The notes below the pieces were generated by a model. That model was not told the origin of the DNA. It was given only the letters and a program-made list of their open reading frames with translations, and made no database searches. A stretch of DNA of 64,000 nt from positions 5,308-69,307 of IMG/VR virus record IMGVR_UViG_2513237141_000002; one strand, given 5' to 3'. The position numbers and the translations under genes are program-made. This document shows positions 43,624-52,989 of this stretch, piece by piece. Each line of letters begins with the position of its first letter. The stretch's first letter is position 1. The stretch comes from a virus (taxonomy: Duplodnaviria; Caudoviricetes).

Positions 43624-44430
43624 ATGCAGATTGGCGTCATCACGGTCGGCGGTCGGCAGGTCGGCGTCGTTAGTCTGACTGATGGTTATTCCGCAGATCC
43701 ATTCGTCCCCGATCTTGATGGCTACGTGCCGCAGGGCCGGGCGGCAGAGCACACCTTGGGCGCTCCGTCTGGCGCGGCACACGCTCCGCATCGATATGCC
43801 TCGCACGGTCACGAGGCGCACACATCAGATCGCGCCCATCACCATACCGCGCACGAAGGCTATACGCCGCAGGGCAAGGACTATGCAGGGAGCGGCAGTC
43901 GTCCGGTCAGCCAAGGCTCGGCCGAGGTCGATCAAGCGATCGTGGAAGCGGCTCGTGCTCACCACCTCGATCCCAACACCATGCGAGCAATTGCCGACAT
44001 CGAATCCGGCATGAACCCGTCGTCGAACGCCAACCGATCGACGCAGTACAAGGGACTCTACCAGATCGGCCACGACGAGTGGCGCAGGTTCGGGGGTGGC
44101 GGCAACATCTACTCGGCGCGCGAGAACGCAATGGGCGCGGCGCGGATGTTCGAGGCGAACCGGAATCAGTTCCGCGAGCACTTCCATCGCGATCCGACCG
44201 ACGCCGAGCTTTACATGATGCACCAGCAGGGGTTGGGCTTCTATACGCGCGGTGCCATGACCAACATCAGCGGCAACCCGTATCCCGGAATGCACGGCGC
44301 TCAGACGCATGAGAGCTTCGAAGAAGGGTGGGGGCGCAGGCTGGCGCGAGGCAAGGCTGCATTCGCGGCCCGCCATGGTGATGAAGCGAAGGCCGAGAAG
44401 CCATTCGATCCGGAGACGTCGGTGCCATGA
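43624..44430 (+). CDS. lytic transglycosylase (SLT-like) protein
   Basis: AIVEAARAHHLDPNTMRAIADIESGMNP, KGLYQI, ENAMGAA, YMMHQQG; His-rich linker. Confidence 0.85.
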   Translation: MQIGVITVGGRQVGVVSLTDGYSADPFVPDLDGYVPQGRAAEHTLGAPSGAAHAPHRYASHGHEAHTSDRAHHHTAHEGYTPQGKDYAGSGSRPVSQGSAEVDQAIVEAARAHHLDPNTMRAIADIESGMNPSSNANRSTQYKGLYQIGHDEWRRFGGGGNIYSARENAMGAARMFEANRNQFREHFHRDPTDAELYMMHQQGLGFYTRGAMTNISGNPYPGMHGAQTHESFEEGWGRRLARGKAAFAARHGDEAKAEKPFDPETSVP

Positions 44431-44837
44431 AGGAGTTCTCCCTCGCGAGTCTTGCCGCCTTCGCTACGGCGTCCGTCGTCGGACTGGATCGCGCCAAGCA
44501 TGAGGCGTTGGAGCATGTCGCGGTGATCGTCGAGGACGGCGCGAAGGCGGCAATCGGCACGTATGAGTTCGGTTGGCCGTCGCTGGCACCTTCTACTCTT
44601 GCGAGAAAGTCGGCCGATACCCCGCTGCTGGAGACCGGAGAGATGCGCGACAGCATCCGCCACGAGGTAACCGGCGATACGGCTCGGATCGGGTCCGATC
44701 TCGACTATGCCCTGTATCAGGAAGTCGGCACGTCAAAGATTCCGCCACGATCATTCCTGATGGGGTCAGCGCTCCATCATAAGGAAGAGATTATCCACGC
44801 GGTCGGTCAGGAAGTGATGACGAAGCTAATTAGATAG
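44427..44837 (+). CDS. virion morphogenesis protein (HK97 gp10/Mu gpG-like)
   Basis: WPSLAPSTLARK...PLLETGEMRDSI...YALYQEVGTSKIPPRSFL. Confidence 0.85.
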   Translation: MKEFSLASLAAFATASVVGLDRAKHEALEHVAVIVEDGAKAAIGTYEFGWPSLAPSTLARKSADTPLLETGEMRDSIRHEVTGDTARIGSDLDYALYQEVGTSKIPPRSFLMGSALHHKEEIIHAVGQEVMTKLIR

Positions 44838-45026
44838 CAGCCCCGTCATTGCGACAGCCAGGAAAAAAAGGGCCAAGCCGCAGGCTGCGCCGATAATAAT
44901 CTTAAATACAAGAACGACGGCGCGAAGATACCAATTGATGTACGTCTTCGCGGCGGTAGATGCCCATCCTGTTCCTTGGATGGGCGGGGGGCGCCTCTCG
45001 GGAGGCCAGTCCCATTCCTGCTTCAT
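44826..45026 (-). CDS. small antisense membrane protein
   Basis: MKQEWDWPPERRPPPIQG...AVVLVFKIIIGAACGLALFFLAVAMTGLLSN; AAGGAG RBS; fills the gap exactly. Confidence 0.65.
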   Translation of the reverse strand: MKQEWDWPPERRPPPIQGTGWASTAAKTYINWYLRAVVLVFKIIIGAACGLALFFLAVAMTGLLSN

Positions 45027-45040
45027 GACGGAGTGACTCC

Positions 45041-46840
45041 TTGGAGACATGGAAAGTAGCAATCGCGCTCTCCATGAGCTCGAACCACAATGCCGTTCTG
45101 TCGGCGCTGTCTTCAAGCTTACTTGGGGTACACGCACAGGTAAACAAGCTCCAGGGCGGCTTCAATAAGTTGAAATCGGCGATTGGCGGCGCATTGAGCG
45201 TGACCGCCGGCATGGCGCTGTTCGGCGTCATGGAAAAAATCGTTGATAAAACAAAGGATTACAGCGACGAATTGGTGAAGCTGAAGCGGCTGGGCGGCGA
45301 CATGCTGCCCGCCGTCACCAGCGGGGCAATGTCGCGTCAGGCATTCGATATCGCCCAGCGCGTACCCATGAATGTGACGGATCTGCTCAAGATTCCGGGT
45401 GCCAGCTATTCGATCCTCGGCCAAGATGACTCGATGAAGGTATGGGAATCTCTGGCCCGATTCTCGTGGGTCATGCAGAGCGACAAGGGCTACAAGGGCG
45501 ACTCTGGCAAGGATTTGCAGGATCTGCTGCGCGCCAGTGAGTTGACCGGGCGATTGACCGACCCCAATACTCATAAGGCCGCCGTCGACGAGTTGCAGCG
45601 CTTCCTTGACCTGTCGGCCAAGGTGATGGCCGCCACGCATAACATGGTGAACCCGCAGACTCTGCTCGGCATGGCCAAGCAGGGTGGCTTCACGATGCGT
45701 GGGTTGAGTGACGAGGGCTTCATGACGCAGGCCATCATGGCGCAGGCCATGGGCGGTCCTCGCGCTGGCACGGCCTATCTATCGTTGTGGCAGCAGATGG
45801 CTGCCGGCACGATGTTCAAGCGCACGGCCGAGGGCATGCAGGACGTCAACCTGCTCAAGCCCGGTGAATGGCACACTGACCACGGTCGCGTCATTCTTGA
45901 TAAGGGGGCCTCGCAGCGCCTGACCAAGCTGATCGGCAATGACCCGCTCGATCTTGCCGCCAATCTGGTGGAGCATTTCAAGCAGCAGGGCGTCACCGAC
46001 CCAATGGAGCAGATGCGCCTCGTAATGCGGGCGCTGGGTCGTCAGACCACGCAGCGTTACACTGCAGAGGAAGTGACGAACTTCCACCAAATCATTGCAG
46101 AACGCAATCGCATGAAGCAGGGCCTCGGTGCTGGCGATGCGTTCGGCCTGCTCAACAACGAGTCCGTCACCGCCAATATGGTGGCGCTACAGAACGCGTG
46201 GACCAATCTGCTCACCGCGGTCGCGGGTCCCAACAGCGAGAACGTCATCGCTGTCCTGCAGAAGCTCACCAGCGTCATTAATTCGATGACCGCTAACGTC
46301 AATGGCATGAACCCGGAGACGCTGAAGAACATCGGAATCGGGTTTGGTATTCTCGCTGGTGCTCTGACTGGTGGGGGCCTCGTTGTCCTTGCGGCGGCGC
46401 TTGGTCCTGCCGGCTGGCTGGCTGCAGGATTGATTGCACTGGGCGCGGCGGCGGTTGCGTGGGGACCCCAGATCCAGGGCGCCATGGACAAGGTGCGGGA
46501 CTTCTTCCTGAACCTTCAGCAGCGCGTACTGACCAGTATCTATTCCATGGGCGACGCAATCTACAACGCATTGAAGTCGGTGTGGGACAAGATCACCGCG
46601 CTGTTCTCTGGTGGCGGCTCCAAGGACCAATTCCAGAAGGATCTGGAGGAGCGCAACAAGCTCTATGTTCCGGGACGATTTGAACCCGGTGTGGGCGGGA
46701 AGAACCGCGAGCAATACGCGTTCTCGCTGAACATTGACGGAGACAGGATCGCGCAGGCGATCATAGACAAGATCGACTCGCGCTATCGCTACAGCACCAG
46801 TAGCCCGGCATTTAATGGCGGCGGACGCTTCGAGGCCTGA
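45041..46840 (+). CDS. tape measure protein
   Basis: 599 aa, helical and Ala/Gly-rich with a hydrophobic C-terminal segment; TTG start. Confidence 0.85.
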   Translation: METWKVAIALSMSSNHNAVLSALSSSLLGVHAQVNKLQGGFNKLKSAIGGALSVTAGMALFGVMEKIVDKTKDYSDELVKLKRLGGDMLPAVTSGAMSRQAFDIAQRVPMNVTDLLKIPGASYSILGQDDSMKVWESLARFSWVMQSDKGYKGDSGKDLQDLLRASELTGRLTDPNTHKAAVDELQRFLDLSAKVMAATHNMVNPQTLLGMAKQGGFTMRGLSDEGFMTQAIMAQAMGGPRAGTAYLSLWQQMAAGTMFKRTAEGMQDVNLLKPGEWHTDHGRVILDKGASQRLTKLIGNDPLDLAANLVEHFKQQGVTDPMEQMRLVMRALGRQTTQRYTAEEVTNFHQIIAERNRMKQGLGAGDAFGLLNNESVTANMVALQNAWTNLLTAVAGPNSENVIAVLQKLTSVINSMTANVNGMNPETLKNIGIGFGILAGALTGGGLVVLAAALGPAGWLAAGLIALGAAAVAWGPQIQGAMDKVRDFFLNLQQRVLTSIYSMGDAIYNALKSVWDKITALFSGGGSKDQFQKDLEERNKLYVPGRFEPGVGGKNREQYAFSLNIDGDRIAQAIIDKIDSRYRYSTSSPAFNGGGRFEA

Positions 46841-46843
46841 CGC

Positions 46844-47281
46844 ATGCCCACGGATGTATTGACGCTCGGCGGGATCGTCTTCGACGATTTCTCCACGCCC
46901 GAGACCATGATGGGCGGCGGTCAGCAGGCCATGGTTGTCCATAAGTTGCCCGGCGGCGCTCGTGTGATCGACACGTTGGGGCCCGATGAGGCCGACATCG
47001 CATGGCGAGGGTTCCTGTTCGGCGACAATGCCTACAACACGGCACTGGCGCTTGATGCGATGCGCGCGGCGGGGCAGGTCGTGCCGCTTTCTTGGGGCGG
47101 CCAGTTCCGCTCGGTGATCGTCAACACCTTCATCTACCGCGTCAGGCGCATGCCGGTGTGGGTGTTCTATGAGGTCATTTGCACCGTCACCCAGAATCCG
47201 CTGCTCGGTGCCCTTAGCGCCGTTCCATCCAGTATCGATACGCTGGTGCAGGGTGACCTAGCCTTGGCAATTGGCCTATGA
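46844..47281 (+). CDS. baseplate/tail tube initiator-like protein
   Basis: VHKLPGGARVIDTLGPD..IAWRG; follows the TMP. Confidence 0.75.
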   Translation: MPTDVLTLGGIVFDDFSTPETMMGGGQQAMVVHKLPGGARVIDTLGPDEADIAWRGFLFGDNAYNTALALDAMRAAGQVVPLSWGGQFRSVIVNTFIYRVRRMPVWVFYEVICTVTQNPLLGALSAVPSSIDTLVQGDLALAIGL

Positions 47282-47589
47282 GCATTCCCGCCAATATCAC
47301 GGCCGAACTCGCCTACTTGCAGGGGCAGGTTGCTGCGGCATCCCCGCTTGCCAATGCGCCGTTTGCGACCATCAAGGCGATGCAGCTCAACGCTGGCAAC
47401 CTGGTCAACGATGTGCAGGCGGCACTGACGGCACCGAGCGTGCTGGATACTTTCGCCGCTCCCCTTGATGCACCGAGCATCGTCGCTGGGTTTCAGGATG
47501 TCGTGACGGCGGCCGAAGATCAGAGCAAACTTTCGCTGATGCGCGGCGTGGTCGGGCGCGTCGCCTCAAATCTGGACCAGCTTGTCTGA
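47278..47589 (+). CDS. hypothetical baseplate protein
   Basis: Coupled ORF. Confidence 0.65.
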   Translation: MSIPANITAELAYLQGQVAAASPLANAPFATIKAMQLNAGNLVNDVQAALTAPSVLDTFAAPLDAPSIVAGFQDVVTAAEDQSKLSLMRGVVGRVASNLDQLV

Positions 47590-47813
47590 TGGCTCAAGAA
47601 TTCATCGCAGCCACAATTCCAGCAAAGGTTCTCCGAGGCGTCAGCGGCACAAACCTTTTCATCATAGCGATGCGGCAGACCGGCGATCCGCTGCAATGGG
47701 TTGCCATCGCCGAACTCAACGGCCTGACCGACCCGTGGATCAATGGGCCGATGGATATCCTGATCCCTCCCGTTTTCCCGACAGGCACGCAGACTGGCAT
47801 TCTAGGGTTGTGA
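47589..47813 (+). CDS. LysM/P2 gpX-like tail protein
   Basis: TNLFIIAMRQTGDPLQWVAIAELNGLTDPW..ILIP. Confidence 0.8.
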   Translation: MAQEFIAATIPAKVLRGVSGTNLFIIAMRQTGDPLQWVAIAELNGLTDPWINGPMDILIPPVFPTGTQTGILGL

Positions 47814-47814
47814 G

Positions 47815-48837
47815 ATGGCGATCACGTCGGGCGTTGGGCCACATGCCGCGTGGCTCAACGTAAATGGAACGTGGCCGATCGAGCATGGCAACGTAGCGCA
47901 GAGCGCCGACCGCAAGACGTCGTCGTTCTCCGGCGAAATCCCGATGGGCCTGCCGGGGGCGCGGGCGGCATTTGCAAGCCTCTCTGCCGGCACGGACGCC
48001 ACTATCACCGTCATGACGCGCGGGCAAACCGCGACCCTGATGACCGGGGAAATCGACGAGGTCAATTTCGACTATATCCGGCGCGAAATCCACTTCCGGG
48101 GTCGCGACAAGTCGGGCGCGCTGCACGAGAACGTCACGAGCGAGAAATGGATCAACAAACTCCCATCGGATGTGGTGCGGGAACTGACTGGAAGGGTCGG
48201 GTTATCCGGCAACATTTCATCGAGTTCTGTAAAGGCTGGGAAGCAATTACAGCAGGACTTCGTCAAGCTCAGCGAGAACAACACCTTCGCGCAGATCATC
48301 CACGAGATGGCGCGGATTGACGGTGTTCGCTGGTGGGTCGATCCAAACGGCACGTTCCACTATGTGCCGTACGGAAGCCAGCAGGGCACCTACTCCATTT
48401 CTATCAATCAAGAGGTCGAACCAATCTCGGCGGACTGCATTGAGCTGCACGTGAGCCACAACCTGCAGGCGGCCCGTCCGATCGCAGTCACGGTCAAGGG
48501 CTGGCACTCGAAGAAACGGCAGATATTCCAGTATAAGTCCAACGTCGAGGGCTCTGGGCCGACGCGGACATATAACTATCAGGTCCCGACGCTGACTCAG
48601 GACCACGCCACCAAACGCGCCAAGTCGGAAGCGACCGAGAAGGCGCGGCATGAGTTCATCGTTTCCGCCACGGTGGTGGGCGACCCATCAGTACAGGCTG
48701 GGATGGGGCTGCAGCTGAGCGGCACCGACTTCGATCAGGTCTACGACATCGACGAGGTCCACCACGATTTCGGTATGAGCGGGCATCGTACCCACATCAC
48801 GGCTCGCTCGCCCAAGTCAGGAAGGTCTGCTTCGTAA
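47815..48837 (+). CDS. baseplate hub (P2 gpD/Mu gp44-like)
   Basis: GEIDEV, GRDKSG, VRWWVDPNGTFHY, VHHDFG..G..T. Confidence 0.8.
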   Translation: MAITSGVGPHAAWLNVNGTWPIEHGNVAQSADRKTSSFSGEIPMGLPGARAAFASLSAGTDATITVMTRGQTATLMTGEIDEVNFDYIRREIHFRGRDKSGALHENVTSEKWINKLPSDVVRELTGRVGLSGNISSSSVKAGKQLQQDFVKLSENNTFAQIIHEMARIDGVRWWVDPNGTFHYVPYGSQQGTYSISINQEVEPISADCIELHVSHNLQAARPIAVTVKGWHSKKRQIFQYKSNVEGSGPTRTYNYQVPTLTQDHATKRAKSEATEKARHEFIVSATVVGDPSVQAGMGLQLSGTDFDQVYDIDEVHHDFGMSGHRTHITARSPKSGRSAS

Positions 48838-49653
48838 ATGTCGGGCAATCTGGAGAACTTCGTCTTCAGCTGCATCGACCGCTATCACCGCGCCGCTCTT
48901 GGCGGCTCGTCCTATCACGAGCGGCACGCGATCGTCACGAGCTATGACCCCGAGCGGTACCTCGCCAAGGTCATGTATATGCCGGAAGGGCAGGAGTCCG
49001 GCTGGCTGCCGATCGAGACCGGGCACATCGGATCTGACTACGGTTTTGCTGTCGGCCTGCAGCCCGGTGATGGGAAGAAGTCCGGCGATCAGGTCATCGT
49101 TCGCTTCCAAGAGGGCGACCTAGAATCCGGCAAGATCGTCCAGCGCGTCCACTCCGATGACGACAAGCCGCCGACTGTGCAGTCCGGCGAAATGGTCATG
49201 TGGGCCAAGTTCAAGAAGTCCACTGGCAAGTCCACGATTGGAGACGACAGCACCGACGACGCATCGGGCAGCGACAACGATCAGGCGTCCGACGCTCAGG
49301 GTGGATCTGGCCAGCAGTTCTATTTCAAGAACGACGGCTCCGCGACGATCACTGACGGAAACGGTGCCACCATCGTCATGGACGGCAAGGGCAATATCAC
49401 GCTGACCTGCAATAACTTGTCATTCAAAATCGGCGGCAATTGGATATCGGACATTGCGAAAGTGATGACCGCCGTCGCCGGCAGCGATCTTGGATTGTCG
49501 GCCGGCAACAACGCCCAGATCGCGTCCGGCAATATCACCGGCATCGAGGGCGCGAGCTTCGTCAACCTACAGGGTGGCGGCACCGTATCTGATGGCTCCG
49601 TATCGCCTTCGCAGGGCGGCTCGATGCAGCCGCCGACGACGGTGACGCCGTGA
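48838..49653 (+). CDS. baseplate spike (gpV/gp5 OB-fold)
   Basis: IVTSYDP..AKV..PEGQESGWLPI...GDQVIVRFQEGD; beta-repeat C-terminus. Confidence 0.85.
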   Translation: MSGNLENFVFSCIDRYHRAALGGSSYHERHAIVTSYDPERYLAKVMYMPEGQESGWLPIETGHIGSDYGFAVGLQPGDGKKSGDQVIVRFQEGDLESGKIVQRVHSDDDKPPTVQSGEMVMWAKFKKSTGKSTIGDDSTDDASGSDNDQASDAQGGSGQQFYFKNDGSATITDGNGATIVMDGKGNITLTCNNLSFKIGGNWISDIAKVMTAVAGSDLGLSAGNNAQIASGNITGIEGASFVNLQGGGTVSDGSVSPSQGGSMQPPTTVTP

Positions 49654-50549
49654 CGACGCTGGCGGACTTCTCCTTCGTCATCAACAACGCGCTTGGCACC
49701 GTCCACGTCAACGCTGTCGGCGCGACGGTGTCCACAAGTGCGCTCGCCACCAACATCAATTATGTGCAGTTCGACGGCGCAACGGGCGTCGGCCAGATCA
49801 TGTACAACGATCGGCCTTCGATCGCAGAGCAGTTCACGGACCCGTCGCCGTATCAGACCTATATCAACTCATGGATTAGCGCCGAGGCCGCGCTGCTGAC
49901 CCTGCCGCTGACCCTTGCGCAAGCCAAGGCGGTCAAATGCGCGCTGGCGAGTGCCATCTGGGGTGTGAAGCGCCAGCAGCCGGTCAACGTCACCGTGACC
50001 GCAGGCAACTACAACTGGGACGCGTCAGACCTTGGCGTGTCGAGACTGAGCGCGATTGCGCCGTATATCTATATCGGCCCCGTCAACACTCTGATCGGCA
50101 CCATCAACAGCGAGATGGCAACGCTGATCTCGGCGCTGAACACGAACGTCGGCGACTACAACGGATTTGTCACAGCCTACGGCTCCTTCGTCACCAACCT
50201 GCAAACCAACCTCAACACTTGGGTGGCGCACCTCAACACCTCAGAGGCGGCCGTCACCAATTGGGTGCAGCCCGGCAACATGACGGTGCCGGCGAGCGGC
50301 TCGCCGTCGAACATGGGCAACACATCATTCTCTGCTCTGTCTACGATCACGCCGCCGACGATGAACCTTCTTCCTGTCGGGGCGACGTCAAACGTCAGCC
50401 TGTCACCGGCGGACCTGGGCTCAATCTTGCAGGCCATTGCGACACAGAACGCGCGTGAGGCGCTCGCCAACGCAACTATTCAGGCGGCGGTGAACGCGCT
50501 CTCCACAATCTCGGCGGTGGTCGCCTACGACGTGACAACGGGGTGGTGA
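49650..50549 (+). CDS. DUF4376-like tail protein
   Basis: AQAKAVK...YNWDASD...EALANATIQAAVNALSTISAVVAYDVTTGW ending. Confidence 0.55.
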   Translation: MTTLADFSFVINNALGTVHVNAVGATVSTSALATNINYVQFDGATGVGQIMYNDRPSIAEQFTDPSPYQTYINSWISAEAALLTLPLTLAQAKAVKCALASAIWGVKRQQPVNVTVTAGNYNWDASDLGVSRLSAIAPYIYIGPVNTLIGTINSEMATLISALNTNVGDYNGFVTAYGSFVTNLQTNLNTWVAHLNTSEAAVTNWVQPGNMTVPASGSPSNMGNTSFSALSTITPPTMNLLPVGATSNVSLSPADLGSILQAIATQNAREALANATIQAAVNALSTISAVVAYDVTTGW

Positions 50550-50550
50550 G

Positions 50551-50919
50551 GTGGCTGACGTCTCGCTGGAATGGAACGCCGACTTCATGGTCGACGCGAC
50601 CGGAGACCTGTTGGTCATCGATGGCGACGATGAGGTCAGGCAGCGCTTGGAGCGTCGCCTTTTTACAGCCGTGCAAGGTTATGTTTGGCACCCGTCATAC
50701 GGGGCGGGTCTACCGCAGAAGATCGGCAGCGTGCTGTCCGCATCCCAAATCCGCTCAATCGTTGCATCTCAACTCGCGGAGGAGGCGTCGGTCGCACCAA
50801 ACCCGCCGCCACAACTGACCGTCGCAACCGATCTGAACAACTCGGGCGCGGTCAGGATCGGCATTCAATATTTCGACGCGCAGACCGGCGTGTCTGTGAG
50901 TTTCGCGATAACGTCGTGA
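50551..50919 (+). CDS. baseplate wedge protein (gp25/gpW-like)
   Basis: DATGDLL..DEVRQRLERRL..WHPSYGAGL. Confidence 0.85.
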   Translation: MADVSLEWNADFMVDATGDLLVIDGDDEVRQRLERRLFTAVQGYVWHPSYGAGLPQKIGSVLSASQIRSIVASQLAEEASVAPNPPPQLTVATDLNNSGAVRIGIQYFDAQTGVSVSFAITS

Positions 50920-50926
50920 GGAATTG

Positions 50927-52198
50927 ATGGCGTCCTTACCAACCAAATCCGAGCCGACGATCGTCTCGGAGGGGGTCGCCGGGATTCAGGGGCGTGCCAG
51001 CAAGCTGATCAACTTTGCCACCGGCTCGACGCTGCGCGCGATCGTCGAGGGCTTCGCCGGTGTGTTCCTGTGGATGCAGGGCCTCGTGCTGCTGGTCTTG
51101 CAGGCCTCGCGGCTTTCGACGGCAGAGGGCGACGACGTCGACACCTTCACTGTCGATTTCATGAAACCGTTGCCGGGCAGCCAGACCGCAACATTGCCGG
51201 GCGGGTCACCACGTCTCGGCGCGCAGGCTGCAAGCGGGCAGGTGACGTTTGCGCGCTTCACTGCGGCCCCCAGCTCCTGCTTTATCCCAGCTGCGGGTGG
51301 CGTGACCACCACTGGTGCAATCACCAATGCCGGCCCCAACAATGCGGCCACGGTATTAACCAACGACGGCACCAATCAGACCTTTGTCGTCACGGTAGAC
51401 ACGGCGAACCCTTATTACTCGGCCACGCTTGGCGGTTATACGCTGCCGGCAAACCAAGCCTCCTTCAATGTGCCGGTCGAGGCCCTGATCGCAGGCAGCG
51501 CTGGCAATGTTCAGGCCGGCACCATTAGTCTGATCTCCAGCCCGATCACCGGCATCGATACAGTCAATAACGTTGCATCCTTCACGAATGGCGCGGATCA
51601 GGAATCCGACAGCCAGCTGAAGCGACGTTTCTCGGCCTACATCCTTGGACTTGCCCGTGGTGACCACTACGGCCTCAACGCCTCGATCGAGGGCACCGAC
51701 GTCACGGTGCAATATGCACTGACCGAACTCTACAATTACGACGGCTCCTATCATCCCGCCTATTTCTTCGTCGTCGCCGATGATGGATCTGGATCGCCGT
51801 CACCAGCCTTCATGCAGATGATTACGGATGCCGCAAATGCGGTACGGCCGCTCGGCATTCAATGTGCCGTATTCCCGACCGTGCTGTTCACGGCGAACGT
51901 GCAAATGCAGATCACGACACTGCAGGGCTACAACCATGATGTGGTCGTGGCGCAGGTCTCCAATGCGGTTGCGACCAACATCAATCTGCTCGGTTTGGGA
52001 AAGGCGCTTTCAATCGGACAGATCTCGGCATGGGCCTATGCCGTACCGGGGGTCGTGCCCGGTAATGGCGTCGCCGGTGTCACGCTCAATGGTGCCATCG
52101 GTGATGCCGCCACCATCGTGCCTAGCAAGCTCACACAGGATGGCAAGAACACGATCATTTACGGTTCGGTAAAAGCCGGGGTCATGGTGATCTCGTGA
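50927..52198 (+). CDS. baseplate J-like wedge protein
   Basis: ASGQVTFAR, VPVEALIAGSAGNV, FTNGADQESDSQLKRRF. Confidence 0.9.
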   Translation: MASLPTKSEPTIVSEGVAGIQGRASKLINFATGSTLRAIVEGFAGVFLWMQGLVLLVLQASRLSTAEGDDVDTFTVDFMKPLPGSQTATLPGGSPRLGAQAASGQVTFARFTAAPSSCFIPAAGGVTTTGAITNAGPNNAATVLTNDGTNQTFVVTVDTANPYYSATLGGYTLPANQASFNVPVEALIAGSAGNVQAGTISLISSPITGIDTVNNVASFTNGADQESDSQLKRRFSAYILGLARGDHYGLNASIEGTDVTVQYALTELYNYDGSYHPAYFFVVADDGSGSPSPAFMQMITDAANAVRPLGIQCAVFPTVLFTANVQMQITTLQGYNHDVVVAQVSNAVATNINLLGLGKALSIGQISAWAYAVPGVVPGNGVAGVTLNGAIGDAATIVPSKLTQDGKNTIIYGSVKAGVMVIS

Positions 52199-52989
52199 TC
52201 GATAGCGGCGATCCCACCGTCACCGGCACGCCAGCCAATATCCAAAACCGCGTCCAAGGCGTCGTGCCTCGGCGCTGGTGGAGTTGGACGGCGTGGAACA
52301 CCGGCATCGTTAGCGCCATCGTCGGCGGTCTCTCCGATCTCGCATCGTGGTGCTACAGCCTGATCCCATACGCCAAGGCTCAGACGCGCCTTGCAACCGC
52401 TTACGGTGTCTGGCTCGACATCTGGTCTTATGACTTCCTTGGCATGGTGCTGCCGCGTAACGGTGCCATCGACGACGCGTTCCGGGTTCTGATCAAGACC
52501 ATGATCCTGCAGGAGCGGGTCACCCGCGCCGGCATGTCGAACGTCATCAATCAGCTCACAAGTGCTGCTCCAGCGGTCTTTGAGCCGTGGAATACCGGAG
52601 ATACGGGCGCTTATTCGAGCCCGAGGGCCAATGGCTTCAAGTGCGGCCAGTTCGGCTACGGCGTCGGCAACGGCGGCTATGGCAACATGAACCTGCCGGG
52701 CCAGGTCTTCATTGGCCTCTTCCGTACCGGCTTCAGCGGCATCCCGAACGTTGACGGCTGGGGCGGCTCATCCGCCGGTTATGGCGTCGGCACCATCGAA
52801 TATGCCGGCAAGTACACAACGCTCACCGGCATTACGAACCAGATGATCCTCGATGCCATCGAGAACACGAAACCGACCGGCGTTACCTGCTGGGTGACGT
52901 TCCTCGGTTCGCCGACGCCGTCGATCCTCACCAGTGAGTCCGGCGCAATCCTGACGTCTGAAAATAGTTCGGAGCTGCTGGCAAAATGA
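52195..52989 (+). CDS. baseplate wedge protein (gpI-like)
   Basis: RLATAYGVWLD...DF.G..LPR...DDAFR; follows J. Confidence 0.75.
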   Translation: MIDSGDPTVTGTPANIQNRVQGVVPRRWWSWTAWNTGIVSAIVGGLSDLASWCYSLIPYAKAQTRLATAYGVWLDIWSYDFLGMVLPRNGAIDDAFRVLIKTMILQERVTRAGMSNVINQLTSAAPAVFEPWNTGDTGAYSSPRANGFKCGQFGYGVGNGGYGNMNLPGQVFIGLFRTGFSGIPNVDGWGGSSAGYGVGTIEYAGKYTTLTGITNQMILDAIENTKPTGVTCWVTFLGSPTPSILTSESGAILTSENSSELLAK

